From: Octopus bimaculoides
Lineage: Eukaryota
DNA length: 64,000 nucleotides
Assembly: GCF_001194135.2 (NCBI RefSeq)
Contig: NC_069003.1
Location: forward strand, 22,640,142 to 22,704,141
Direction of reading: 5' to 3'
A model generated the notes under the pieces. It made no database searches and was not told where the DNA came from. It saw nothing but the letters and a program-made list of their open reading frames with translations. Positions within the stretch are counted from its first letter, which is position 1, and each line of letters begins with the position of its first letter. Positions 29,601 to 38,974 of the stretch are shown here, piece after piece. A program made the translations under genes and the position numbers.

Positions 29601-32600
29601 TTTAGTCTCAAAATCCTTTTCTTCAAGTAATCCTTCCCTTGTACTCATCTGTGTGAATTTGTGTGCAACTTGCTGGTTTGACTTAAAAATAACCTCTTTA
29701 AAATACATCTCTTTTTTCTTATATTTACTAACCACAATAACTCTTTGGAATTTTTGCCTCTAGTAGATTCATAGAATTAGCTTATATTTCTATTTCCATG
29801 TCTGATTTTAGTAGCTTAATATAAAAAAATTTCAAAAGATATTTATGACTCCAATGTGCTTTTACAGATATCAGGTAAATAAAATACACTAGTTCCAAGT
29901 TTTTTTTTCACTCCTATTTTGCTTTGCATTTTGACTTTCCTTTATATATATTTGTTAAATCAAAAATATCATAATTGATAAATCCTTCTCATCTGCTATA
30001 TTAAAATGAACGAGTTGCTTAGTTTAAACAAACTTTTACAGTGAGAAATATTATTATTATGGTACTTTAGCAGGATTTGACATATATTAGATTTTAGTTT
30101 TAGGCTGAATTTTAACTTGCTTCTATGAAGGCTTACCTACATCCAAGAGACATGTTAACAATATTTTGGTTACTAATAATAATTGCAAATGGTAGAAGGA
30201 GTTATAAGCTAATACATACATGTATTCCTTGTTATTTATTGAGATTTATTCCTGAAATGTCAGTATATGCATGTCAGTTTATTTTTGTTTACTGTTATTT
30301 GTCTTCATTGATTTCATATTCTTTTTGATAATTGCATTATAACCTGCCACCCTCCCCCTTACATCCATGTATCATCAGAGAATTTGCTTGTGAAACATCT
30401 GTTGTCTTTGTGCTACTATTATTGTCTGTCATGTAATAGAAAACTGTACTGACATCGGTCAGTGGTGTTGTTGTTGTCGTCATGTGTTCCAACAATCTTT
30501 GTAGGTCACATTTTCTTTGACCAATATAATAAGAATGGTATCTGCTTCCAATAAGTAGTATGGTAAATAAGACTTCTTATAAAAGCATCATTCATATTTG
30601 CTGGTCAGTGCATGTATAAGTATGATCTACAGTAACCTACATTTGTTAACCTTCATTTTTATCTTAGAATTGGACTAGACTCAAACAGAACTCATAAATA
30701 TGTCTCTCTTAGAGGTAATATTTATCCCAACTTAAATGTGGATGTTTTAGTTGAACAAACTATATTTCAGTAGTTAGTATGAGAGAGATTCTCATATTGG
30801 CTTTTTGGTGCAAAATGCATTCATGTTTTTATCACTAGTTGATAATAAACATGTCTATTTTAGTCAAACAGTACTACATTTGATTGGTCCTTATGATTGA
30901 GCCAGTATATTCATTGTTGTTTCAAGCCATAATGCAATGAATATATACCACTGGTTAAATAATACAGGATTACTCTCCTTGAAGAATATTTGGTGATAGT
31001 GTTGGTGGCATTGTTTTCTACCTGACCAGCCTTGTTTGAGCAATCCTTTGTTCAAAGGTATTCAGATTGTGTTCATTCCATCTTTGTTCAACTCTTTTGT
31101 TACCATATTTCTGTTGAAACATACTGCCTTTGTTTCAATTAATTTTTGAAAATAATTAAGGATTTAATAAAATAACGGTGTAAGGGGTCAATATAATGCT
31201 TAGTGTCCTAGATGAAAGTTGACTTGTACTACGGAACAATAGCAGAATTGTTAGCATACTGGGCAGAATTGTTAGTATACTGGGCAAAATGCTTACTGGT
31301 ATTTCATTTATCTTTTGTCCCGAGTTCAAAGTTCGCCAAGGTCAACTTTACCTTTCATTTTTAGGGCTTGATAAAATAAGTACCAGTTGAACACTACCCC
31401 AAACTTGCTGACCTTGTACCAAAATTTGAAACCATTATTAGGCCTGTGTTTGGAACATAAATTAATATGAAATTCTAGTGGAAGACTTTAATTTAGACAT
31501 CTTTAAAACTGGGAAATTGTATCATAGAACCAGTGGCAGTTTCAGCTGGGTTGGTATCAAAAGGGTTAAGGTGGATTGCATCTTGGATTACATTAATCTT
31601 GATACACATCACTTATCCTTTTGAAGTCAGTAGAATGTAATTTGATGGAAATTTGTAATTTCTGGTTGGTTGCATAACCATATAGTTTCCCCATCTCTTT
31701 GACTCATTGGTGAATTAGTTAGCCCTGTAAGTTTATTGATAGTCATCAATTAGTATTTAATAAATGAGTATATTGTTTTAAATTGTTGATACTCTAATCT
31801 GTGTGGTTGTTATAATAAATATTTCATATTAATAGCTACAGTGTCAAATGTTTATCTTGTTTACAAGCTTTACATATTGTTCTGTAGTACAAGTCAAATT
31901 TCATCTAGGACATTAAGCATTATATTGACCTCTCAGGTAAGAATAGGATATTACTTTGAATGTAGCTAAACCACCGGGTCAGAGAGATTGACTAATGAGG
32001 GAGCCTCTATGTGGATCCTTGAGTTGCTAGAAATAACATCCCAAATCTACCCCATAGAACACCTTGCCATCTTAAAACAGAGAACCTATTCACTAATGTC
32101 ATTCTTGATACCCCTCACAGAAGTGATTGGCTTTATCTGGAATGGCTTTGATCATAGGAAATCTCTTGAATAATTAATTGTAGGATAATACGTTGGCATG
32201 TGAAGTAGAGTGATGGTAAATAAAAGCTTGGTGAATAATGACTTCCTTCTGCAAATTGGTTTGACTCCTCAGTTAGAATGATTTCATTTTGCTTACATTG
32301 TTAGTTTTAAATAAATAGTTTTAAGGAAGGTATAAACCTCACAATTTCTGTGTTTTCCATTTTGCTGGAGATAATAGAAGCAATTACCCATTTATATGTT
32401 GATTCCTCTAATTATAAAGTAATCTAGCAAGTGTTTATATATCATGCTTATGATAGAAACAGCTGCTATATAGTAAATATCTATCAGTCAATTTTTCTAC
32501 AGGATTTAGCTACCTCTCTTTCTAAACATTTGCTCATTGGTGCCGAGATTGTGATTTCTGAATGGTTGATTTGCTAAAATAGTCACCAAATTTTTCTCAA

Positions 32601-35560
32601 ATCATGGACTACTTAAAAAAATACATTGGATAAGACACACCTAGATGTACTGTGCCTTAAAAAATAGATGATTATAGCTTGAAAACCTTTGATCATGACT
32701 TCACATGATCAGTGCTTTCCTAGGCCTAAGCAACAATAAGATTATCTTAGATTATACCTTTTTTAGAATAAGTACACCATTTTCCTATGTATTGTGAGAG
32801 GTAGTGAAAGGGTGGGAAACTGGAAAGGCATCTTGCTGTAAAACATGGACTCAGAAAAATCCATCCAACTCATGCCAGCATGGGAAAATGCATGTAAAAG
32901 AGCACTCATGAGGTGATCTTGTGAAAACAATAATGAAACTGTTATAAAAGTCATACCAAGAGCCAACATTTACATATTTAGTGATGACGGCTTAACTTAA
33001 ACTAGAAAAGCACTTGGAGAGTGGAGATCTCTGCCAAGCAGCTCATTTCCACCCATATACACGCATGCTGAAAATCACCCAGTTTCCCAAACCAACGCCA
33101 GCAAAAATATAACCTCCTTGGCGGAGTTAAAAAAAAAAAACACAGCCATATGATTAAAAAAAAAACCCTTTAAAAACAGGTTTCATCTGAAGCAGTTATA
33201 ATACATCATTGACAAGAGCAAGCTAGTTTCACAGCGGCAGTGGAGGGAGCAAAGCCTGAGCTTTTTGAGTCGATCCCAATAGTCAAGGCTTGTCATATCG
33301 TCCTCTGCAGACCTCCGCCAAGCAGCTCATTTTAAGATAGACACGGGAGTAAAATTACTAATAGAGAAACGAAAATAAACTTTGGAAACAGCAACGCCAC
33401 CAAAGGTTAAGTGGAAATGATGAACGTGTTTTCAAGGGAGATAATCAAAGAATGTAACATTGTAATACTTCATGTAGAGTAAATATAACAAAGGAAAAAT
33501 CTTTCAAGAATCCATAAAATCCCTGGATCACTACCAAAATTTCATCATCTGTTCCGTGTGTCATTACCAATTTTTCCTGCAAGTTTCATCAAATACCGTT
33601 CACAACTTTTTGAGTTATTTTGCACACAGACGGACAGGCGGACAAACCAATGCCGATGAAAACATAACCTCCTTCCTTGGCGGAGGTAACAATTTTTAAT
33701 TAGACCTGACTCATTTTCCATCGCTTTTCATGAAATTGGTTAAGACTTCTTGGCTTACTACATCAAACAAGTTAGGGTTGTTGTTAATTTAGACTTTAAA
33801 AAGCTAATTATTTTGTTACATTAAGGTTATCATTTCCTTCTATAGATGACTGAGATTCAAAAATAATAAGTGGCCTTCATATTTGAAAACAATAGGGCAC
33901 TTTATTAATGGAAATATACAAAACAAAAAGTCAGACTATAGAGGAAATTATTTGGAGGCAATCATGAGAAATTGATGTAGTCTTGTCAAGTAGGACAGAA
34001 AGAAAAACTAAGCAAAGAAGGTTGGCAGTAAACAGAAAAAAGGTAATGTATATGTAACATTTGAAGATGGTGCTCCAGTATGACCTTAGCTATCATGGCT
34101 AAAACAAAAAGAACAAAGAACATGTGAGTTGTATTTAGAATTTGAGAGAGAAAGATCTATCAGAGAGTCTAGTACTTTTGTTGTCACTTTTACATTGAGA
34201 AATCTTAGCAGTCACTTAATTTGGAAATTAGAATATTATAATATGGGTTTTTCTTAAATATTAAGTTTGGAAAATAGTTAAATATTTCTCTCCCTTCTAC
34301 CTTAACTCTTTACCATTCAGATTACCCTGTCAAATGTAATTCTTATTTATCCAGATTGTTCTCAGTTAATCATGCATTATCTCAAAGCTCCAAAATTTCA
34401 ATGATGTGATTGTTTATTTTTAGAATGATATTGTAGGGTAGATGTGAGAGGCTGGGTCTGGTCAGTTCGAACATAAAGCTGGTAGAATATTTAACAATTT
34501 AGTATTCAGATTGCTCTGTCAAATGTAAATGTTTGTTTATTTATATTATTTTGAATTAATCATACATTATCTTGTAGATTTGAGATTTCAATGATGTGAT
34601 TGTTTATTTTTAGAATGACATTGTAGGGTAAGTGTGACATACTGGATATGGCCAGTTTGAACATAAAGTAGGTAGAATATTTGGGTTGGGTATAGCCAGT
34701 TTAAATGCTAAAGGGTTGATATATTATTACCTCCAAATTCTGTTTTCTACTAATCATTGTAATACATGTTTCATCCCCTGGTTTATGCAAGAAGTTTGTT
34801 TTGGTGTTGTGACTTCAAAAAATTTCAACAAGTTCATTTTGGTGTCATTTTCCTCTTCACCATGATTGATTTAAAAAAAAAATAATATCTCTTACAAGTA
34901 ATATTGATTTAATATCAGAACACTCACCCCATCTACTCAAAGCAAAGTTATAACTATTCTCTCTTCTCATATACTTACTACTTACCTGTGTACCTACTTA
35001 TGTGCCCCACTCCTAGCTCATTACTTATCATTTTTAACCTCTTGAATTTCCAGACAAAATGTCAGCCTTTGATCAGTACCCTACCAGAGAAGTGTTTGGT
35101 TTAATGTCACCTATAATGTCCAAACTAGCAGTTCGTCACCAGTTTTTGCTTGTGATAGTGTCAGTTATGAATCCCATAATTCATTCATCTTCTGAAAGAC
35201 CTGTAAAAGTTGATAGTTGTAATTGAGACATTAGTCTCTCTCTATCACCTTTCAACATAGTTATATATGAAGAAACAGTAGAACAATTAATTAACAACAT
35301 AATAAAAATAAGTTTTATTTTTTGATGATGCTTGGTTATATAAATCCTGTGTCACTCAGCGTAGCAGCTGCTGATTAATTTGTAATCGGTATTGGAAAAT
35401 TAAGAGCTTCCTTGATGCATGCCAGAGGAGCAAATAGCTATCATATCGATAGCATCGTGGTGAAGAGTGCTTCAATGAGGAGCGAGGTGTTGTCACATCG
35501 AAGGTCTCTCACTCAACTTACTTAGAAAGTGAAACAAACTCTTTAAGTACTAATTTTACT
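5504..35560 (-). CDS. Candidate multi-exon protein-coding gene L (uncharacterised; 3' end probably beyond 5504)
   Basis: 18 hand-picked GT-AG exons join in phase without stops (947 nt): MISNELGVGHISRYTAKWKTQKLEAGRITWSSEEFHWKRRYKIARGIECCANRHIEETEDFEQDAFSSTTNFDTILQINIEEKLTDFKLHQSLGEATKAMSNEHKGQVGLPSYYKCSHVRDVINFILPCQHSSTEIMRSISNFMQICKEAFLSFVLMWFTYKEIAKETKRQTEMIKNKAKPINSTTTGKSSSVHSRQAGQTFQDEHKGIKLNNFVYMSQKLTTTFPNSSFTHCIRSCIPSHCVALPAKKMPDQHDLYETIKLDALLKDNSSIQDKHEQLTLTKVSPELVDLKPKTLQSFVYVESTLYNVSFHFKE. The chain from 24334 to 5504 is the most robust part. Some exons were chosen partly for phase fit, so errors are possible. Confidence 0.55.
7856..7921 (-). CDS. Gene L 66-nt exon (LDALLKDNSSIQDKHEQLTLTK)
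   Basis: Acceptor ttattttttgcag, donor AAG|gttaag; lies inside ORF 7832..8041. Confidence 0.65.
8220..8500. mobile_element. Microsatellite-carrying Helitron/Helentron-like non-autonomous element
   Basis: Internal duplicated cctgagtaatgaaa.accttcat.ccaaatttggta; ends ...cacacac...tttatatatatagat. Confidence 0.4.
8828..8856 (-). CDS. Gene L 29-nt exon (QHDLYETIK)
   Basis: Acceptor tttgtctcag, donor AAG|gtaaaa; lies inside ORF 8639..8959. Confidence 0.55.
9536..9960 (-). mobile_element. (TGA)n-tailed RTE-dependent non-autonomous retroelement
   Basis: catcatcat...ttaacgtccgc..tgctagcatgggttggac...ctggatgcccttcctaacgccaac; copies at ~1886-2105, 32805-32910, 36832-37000, 48052-48391 and 60520-60700. 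Confidence 0.75.
10554..10575 (-). CDS. Gene L 22-nt exon (LPAKKMP)
   Basis: Pyrimidine tract with AAG acceptor, donor CAG|gtaatt; phase 0-1. Confidence 0.5.
11455..11826 (-). mobile_element. SINE family B copy
   Basis: Homologous to 14765-15160. Confidence 0.8.
12300..12835 (+). pseudogene. Degenerate RTE-like LINE 3' RT region
   Basis: Broken translation ...LIYVHECWIMTERV...TLLDRV...VEPLLLKIE..Q...HVIR...RRP..PK.RW. Confidence 0.6.
12850..13190 (-). pseudogene. RTE/BovB-like LINE 3' end
   Basis: ORF 12934..13176 EALAVNWKAWRSMCDAGVECFEIEHRRLHEERR resembles the RTE C-terminal W..A.DR..WR...G...FE..R region. Confidence 0.65.
13240..13870 (-). mobile_element. Penelope-like element relic (N-terminal/RT-proximal part)
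   Basis: RWKEYFF...FEEDLINMIRNIK; then a degenerate LKDH.P.F..KP..RL...VINWF region. Confidence 0.7.
14061..14095 (-). CDS. Gene L 35-nt exon (IRSCIPSHCVA)
   Basis: Acceptor ctgtttatttctatag, donor GCG|gtcagt; phase 1-0. Confidence 0.55.
14765..15160 (-). mobile_element. tRNA-derived SINE family B (CORE-like central motif, internal (CA/TA)n)
   Basis: gtggtaagtagcttgcttaccaaccacatggttccgggttcagtcccactgcgtggcaccttgggcaagtgtc...; the CORE-like call rests on ccttgggcaagtg. Confidence 0.85.
15907..16016 (-). CDS. Gene L 110-nt exon (QAGQTFQDEHKGIKLNNFVYMSQKLTTTFPNSSFTH)
   Basis: Donor gtaagt, acceptor cacatacag; 36 open codons, phase 2-1. Confidence 0.65.
16535..16623 (-). CDS. Gene L 89-nt exon (ETKRQTEMIKNKAKPINSTTTGKSSSVHS)
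   Basis: Acceptor cattcatag, donor CAG|gtaaat; only frame 0 is open. Confidence 0.6.
17057..17147 (-). CDS. Gene L 91-nt exon (MRSISNFMQICKEAFLSFVLMWFTYKEIAK)
   Basis: Acceptor ctataatacag, donor AAG|gtaatt; 30 open codons. Confidence 0.65.
17430..18650 (+). mobile_element. Penelope-like element relic (RT, thumb, GIY-YIG)
   Basis: FGVAMAAFNSMDIC, GLYSNG (degenerate YRDD), KPNERLSYINTTSCHP, DKHF..SHKY..SFSCAPNIK, KYFGTMEVPFKARLNNHRSSF. Confidence 0.8.
19427..19496. repeat. Perfect 14-bp tandem repeat x5
   Basis: (tgtaaaagctctct)5. Confidence 0.95.
21428..21797 (+). mobile_element. SINE family B copy
   Basis: Homologous to 14765-15160 in the opposite orientation. Confidence 0.8.
21871..21902 (-). 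CDS. Gene L 32-nt exon (ILPCQHSSTE)
   Basis: Acceptor ctgttacag, donor gtaatg; phase 0-2 fits both neighbours. Confidence 0.4.
21989..22376 (+). mobile_element. SINE family A copy
   Basis: Near-identical to 4201-4582; TSD ctctc(a/t)gatca (21978-21988, 22380-22390). Confidence 0.9.
22998..23056 (-). CDS. Gene L 59-nt exon (QVGLPSYYKCSHVRDVINF)
   Basis: Very strong acceptor ttttttttcctgcatag, donor gtatgt; one open frame. Confidence 0.7.
23494..23507 (-). CDS. Gene L 14-nt microexon (NEHK)
   Basis: Acceptor ggttttgtag, donor AAG|gtaatg; bridges phase 2 to 1 exactly. Confidence 0.55.
23540..23635. repeat. (CT)n/(CTGT)n microsatellite
   Basis: Seen directly; lies just upstream of the 14-nt microexon acceptor on the minus strand. 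Confidence 0.95.
23812..24167 (+). mobile_element. SINE family B copy
   Basis: Same family. Confidence 0.8.
24294..24334 (-). CDS. Gene L 41-nt exon (KLHQSLGEATKAM)
   Basis: Acceptor cttaacctag, donor GAG|gtatgt; phase 0-2. Confidence 0.6.
24586..24972 (+). mobile_element. SINE family A copy
   Basis: TSD agata(t/c)agtgg (24579-24589, 24973-24983). Confidence 0.9.
25320..25398 (-). CDS. Gene L 79-nt exon (EQDAFSSTTNFDTILQINIEEKLTDF)
   Basis: Acceptor tttttttgtcag; donor gtgtgt (moderate); phase 2-0. Confidence 0.4.
25487..25865 (+). mobile_element. SINE family B copy
   Basis: Same family; more copies at 19889-20050, 27268-27561, 51090-51422 (-) and 60855-61205 (-). Confidence 0.8.
26203..26250 (-). 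CDS. Gene L 48-nt exon (GIECCANRHIEETED)
   Basis: ctaac branch point plus tcctcttag acceptor; donor gtcagt; only the phase 2-2 frame is open. Confidence 0.45.
26717..26755 (-). CDS. Gene L 39-nt exon (EEFHWKRRYKIA)
   Basis: Long pyrimidine tract ending atatcag; weaker donor CAG|gttttt; phase 2-2. Confidence 0.4.
28212..28260. repeat. 17-bp tandem repeat, ~3 copies
   Basis: tgttccaatactgttga units. Confidence 0.85.
29481..29507 (-). CDS. Gene L 27-nt exon (EAGRITWS)
   Basis: Acceptor ttgtcag, donor CAG|gtgagg; phase 2-2. Confidence 0.5.
32343..32364 (-). CDS. Gene L 22-nt exon (AKWKTQK; alternative start MENTEI at 32360)
   Basis: Acceptor tctattatctccag, donor ATT|gtgagg; contains CAAAATGG. 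Confidence 0.5.
33000..33692. mobile_element. Helentron/HINE-like non-autonomous element(s)
   Basis: Subterminal inverted motif acctccgccaag ... cttggcggaggt and internal cagacggacag; family assignment is inference. Confidence 0.45.
34306..34715. mobile_element. piggyBac-type MITE, tandemly duplicated
   Basis: Same body as 1642-1839 in the opposite orientation, present twice; TTAA at the left end. Confidence 0.65.
34986..35200 (-). CDS. Gene L exon 2 (5'UTR with uORFs; possible start ATG at 35031, MISNELGVGHISRYT)
   Basis: Acceptor caacttttacag, donor CAG|gtaagt; AAAAATG context; ends in phase 1. Confidence 0.45.
35522..35560 (-). other. Candidate non-coding first exon of gene L (5' limit approximate)
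   Basis: Consensus donor CTAA|gtaagt (plus acttac 35516-35521) just downstream of the promoter motifs. Confidence 0.5.
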
Positions 35561-35700
35561 ACGCATGCGCACTCGAGGGGCTTCCGGTGATGAAGTCCCT
35601 TGCGCATGCACAGNNNNNNNNNNCATGCGCACTCGAGGGGCTTCCGGTGATGAAGTCCCTTGCGCATGCACAGAATAGTACTTCCTCAATGGCGGCTATA
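35555..35700. promoter_or_regulatory. Probable bidirectional housekeeping-type promoter
   Basis: Local CpG enrichment; GCATGCGCA/TGCGCATGC (NRF1-like), CTTCCGG (ETS-like), AATGGCGGC (YY1-like, 35688-35696) and a pyrimidine CTTCCTC initiator-like tract. Motif identity is inferred from vertebrate consensus. Confidence 0.6.
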
Positions 35701-36276
35701 ATTTCACGCCACTACAGACCAATTGAAGACCTCAAAAGTAGTGCATCATATCAGTTAATATATTCATTACAGTGAAGGTGGTGAGCTGGTAGAATCATTA
35801 GCGTGCTGGGCAAAATACTTAGCGGCATTTTGTTTGGTTTTACGTTCTTAGTTCAAATTCCACCTAGGTTAACTTTGCCTTTCATCCTTTTGAGGTCAAT
35901 AAAATAAGTACCAGTTGAAGACTGGAGTCAATGTAATTTCTGGCTTTGCACTGAAATTTGAAACCAATGTATCCATTAAAATTTTCGTAATCCAAGCAAT
36001 GTTTAAATGCTTCAACAAGGTGCTGAAAAAAGTGCAGATCCTTCTCAAGCACCAACTTATTCAACCACTGTCCTTCATATTTTATTATCTTTAGAGATAC
36101 AATAGTAGTGTTAATAAGATTGTTGAAGCTTATCCAGCAACAAATTCACACTTGTCATACTTCTAAGAAATATATCAGTAAAATGCTTGTTCAATGAAAA
36201 TTGTTTTCTTTATCATCCTCTCTTGTTTATCATTCAACTTTCCTTCTATTTCACTCTCTCTCTCTCTCTCTCTCTA

Positions 36277-36314
<38 letters not shown>

Positions 36315-37029
36315 ACCTTTGTTCACAAAGAAAGGTCATTATTCTTCTTTTATCAACTTACAGCTTTAATGACCTCAGTCCACTCAGGATAAAATAATAT
36401 TGTCACCAGCACTGTTGCTGATGACATTTTGAACATTCTGTTTTGAAATATATTTATAAAACTCTATCACACATGTCAATGTTAAAAGTATTCTAATGTA
36501 TATAAAGAGATGTGTAAAAAGCATTTAACCACTCATTTAAGGATGACATTTAACTTGTTTTAGAGTGTTTGTTTTATTATAAAATAGATGGTTTCATTCT
36601 TCATAATCATACATTTCTTTGACCAGCATCAAACATTATTTCTATACGATCAAACAATACAGTGTGTAGCAGTTTTGTGTATTAGACATCTGTAAAAAGT
36701 AATCTTTTTATCAAAAATCTGCAAGGCCTTTTCCATGAAATGCATCATTGGCTCTTAGTTAAGAATAAACCTTGTGTTTAGTAGAGTTGGTTCTCTTGCA
36801 ACATCCACATTGATTTTTACTTCATTAGATTCATCATCATTATCAACATTCACTGTCTGTTTTCCATGCTTGACAGGCACTGGCAAAGCCAGGGGCTGTA
36901 CCACATTCTAAAGTGTGTTTTGGCTTTGTTTCTAAAGCTGGATATCCTTCCTAATACCAGCCACTTTACAGAGTGTACTGGATGCTTTTTATGTGACACC
37001 TTGGTTTTAGGATCTCAATTCGGAAAGAC

Positions 37030-37500
37030 TTCTTCCCCCCAGCATTTTCTCGTAATTTTTTTTTTTTCCCTAAAAAACCCCCATTTTCAGATACAGAGAT
37101 TCCAGAAAATTGTCAAAAATCGGCATTTTGAAATTTCGCCCCCTCCCCCAATTTCTTCATTTTTCCCTTTTTTCCCTAACCCTAACTCCCTAACCTAAAA
37201 CCTAAAACCTTGACCCTAACTACAAAAATTTTTGGAAATATTTTTCAGAATCATAATCTCTGTATTTTTATGCATATTTTGAAAAAAAAAAAAAATTTCT
37301 GAAGAAAGTTAAAAATGAAAAAATTAAGTGGGAGGGGTAATTTCAAAAGGCCGATTTTTGCCAATTTTTTTTTGCAGATTCGTATTCTCCATAGCCGAAA
37401 ACGTGGGTTTGTGTAGAAAAGAAAAAAAAAAAAAAAAAAAAAAAATTGAAAGAAAGGAGTGTTTGCAGGGTGGGTACAAAAAGAAGTCTTGCCCTCAATT
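37030..37500. mobile_element. Non-autonomous foldback element with internal degenerate (CCCTAA)n
   Basis: Inverted arms aaaaatcggcattttgaaat..cccctccc / gggaggggtaatttcaaaaggccgattttt around ccctaaccctaactccctaacctaaaacc. Confidence 0.6.
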
Positions 37501-37786
37501 CTGTTGTGGTGGGTGGGTTTTCTTGAATACAGATTGTATTTTTATTATGAATGAAATTTCATTGATTTAGCTTAGGATTTTTCAAAATTGCACATTGATT
37601 TCTTAATATGAGAATTCAGTTGGGTATCTTTTTAAGCTGTTTTTAAAGTATCTCACTAACAAAAAAATATATATCTATTAAATTCAGTTTCATGTATGTA
37701 TGCACATTTTAGTCTTGTAAAAGCGTTGTTCAAGTTTAACAGCTAGGCTTATATAACTTTTCTAATTCTTATTTAAGTCTCCACAG

Positions 37787-37810
37787 GTGTGGTATTGACA
37801 GTTCTCATCT
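37787..37810 (+). CDS. Candidate 24-nt plus-strand exon (VVLTVLI or CGIDSSH)
   Basis: ctaat branch point, acceptor tctccacag, donor gtatgt. Confidence 0.3.
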
Positions 37811-38777
37811 GTATGTTTTTTTATACCTCAAATGAAATTCAATTTATCACCATATATAGTGTGAAATTATACCTCTCATTTTAACTGTCAAACATTTGAC
37901 CCCCACCCCATTTAAATGTGGCTGTTCTGTTAGAATAAACTATACTGTGGCAGATCACATGAGAGAGACTCTCATTGACTTTCTGATGCAAAATGCACTC
38001 TTGTTTATATTGCTAGTGGGGAGATAAATCCCTGCCACCTCTAGCACTGAGCCCATTATGTGTCACTAATATATACATTTGATAAATTATTCTTAAAGTT
38101 CTTTGTTTTTTCGCTGTCGCCCCACTATCACCATAGAAAAAAAGAGAAAAAGTATCTTGATGAACCCTCATATTTAGATGTTTTCTGAATAATTTAATGT
38201 GTTTGTGACTCTGAATAGGTGGGTCTCTTTAGTTCTTGTTGTTAATTTCTGTTTTAGTAACTTATTTCACGTCCCCAGAGGGCTAGCAATAATAATCATA
38301 TGGCACAAATTATTTAAAGGGTGAGATGGTGTAGTGCAGCAGAAAAATAAAGAGGTTGGTGGAAAACATAAATAAATTAACCAATGCAGACATTATCTCA
38401 GTAATCATTAACTGATGTAGTTAATGATTCAATCAATTACAACTTGAAAGTCATTTCAGGATTAACCTTGCAAAATAATTTATTTATGTTCAAACAATTG
38501 CATAATACTGATATAAAAATCAACAATAATGATATAAAAATCCCATCAATTAAGTAAACATGACTTTTGAGTTATTCAAAGATATCTTGATGTAACACAG
38601 TACATTGCCTTTTGTGTTTTTATTTCCTTATTATTCTCTGCTTTTATGTTGCACTTGTTCTTGCCACAGTTTAATAATGTAGATGTTATTAGCATAAATA
38701 TTTATTTTAGTAGAAAACAAAAACATGGAACTATTTTTATTATTGCTGTGTTTGGGGATGGTTATATTTTACTGATG

Positions 38778-38819
<42 letters not shown>

Positions 38820-38930
38820 TATGTTTGGTCTTTACTTCAGCTTTATTATTATTATTGTTTCTTTGTCAAAACTTTTTCATCACACACCCTGTAACCTGTT
38901 CAGTGACAGAGAAACAACAACAACAACAAC

Positions 38931-38974
<44 letters not shown>

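Noticed and set aside
29815-31937. Plus-strand exon-like segments (29815-29875, ~30668-30715, ~31888-31937)
   Set aside because: They do not chain convincingly and lie antisense inside gene L; such signals are expected by chance in AT-rich DNA.
35563-35673. Apparent tandem duplication of the promoter palindrome
   Set aside because: The two identical copies flank a 10-N gap (35614-35623); this is typical of unmerged overlapping contig ends.
35587-35700. C/D-box snoRNA from GTGATGA
   Set aside because: No CTGA D box or terminal stem at a suitable distance.
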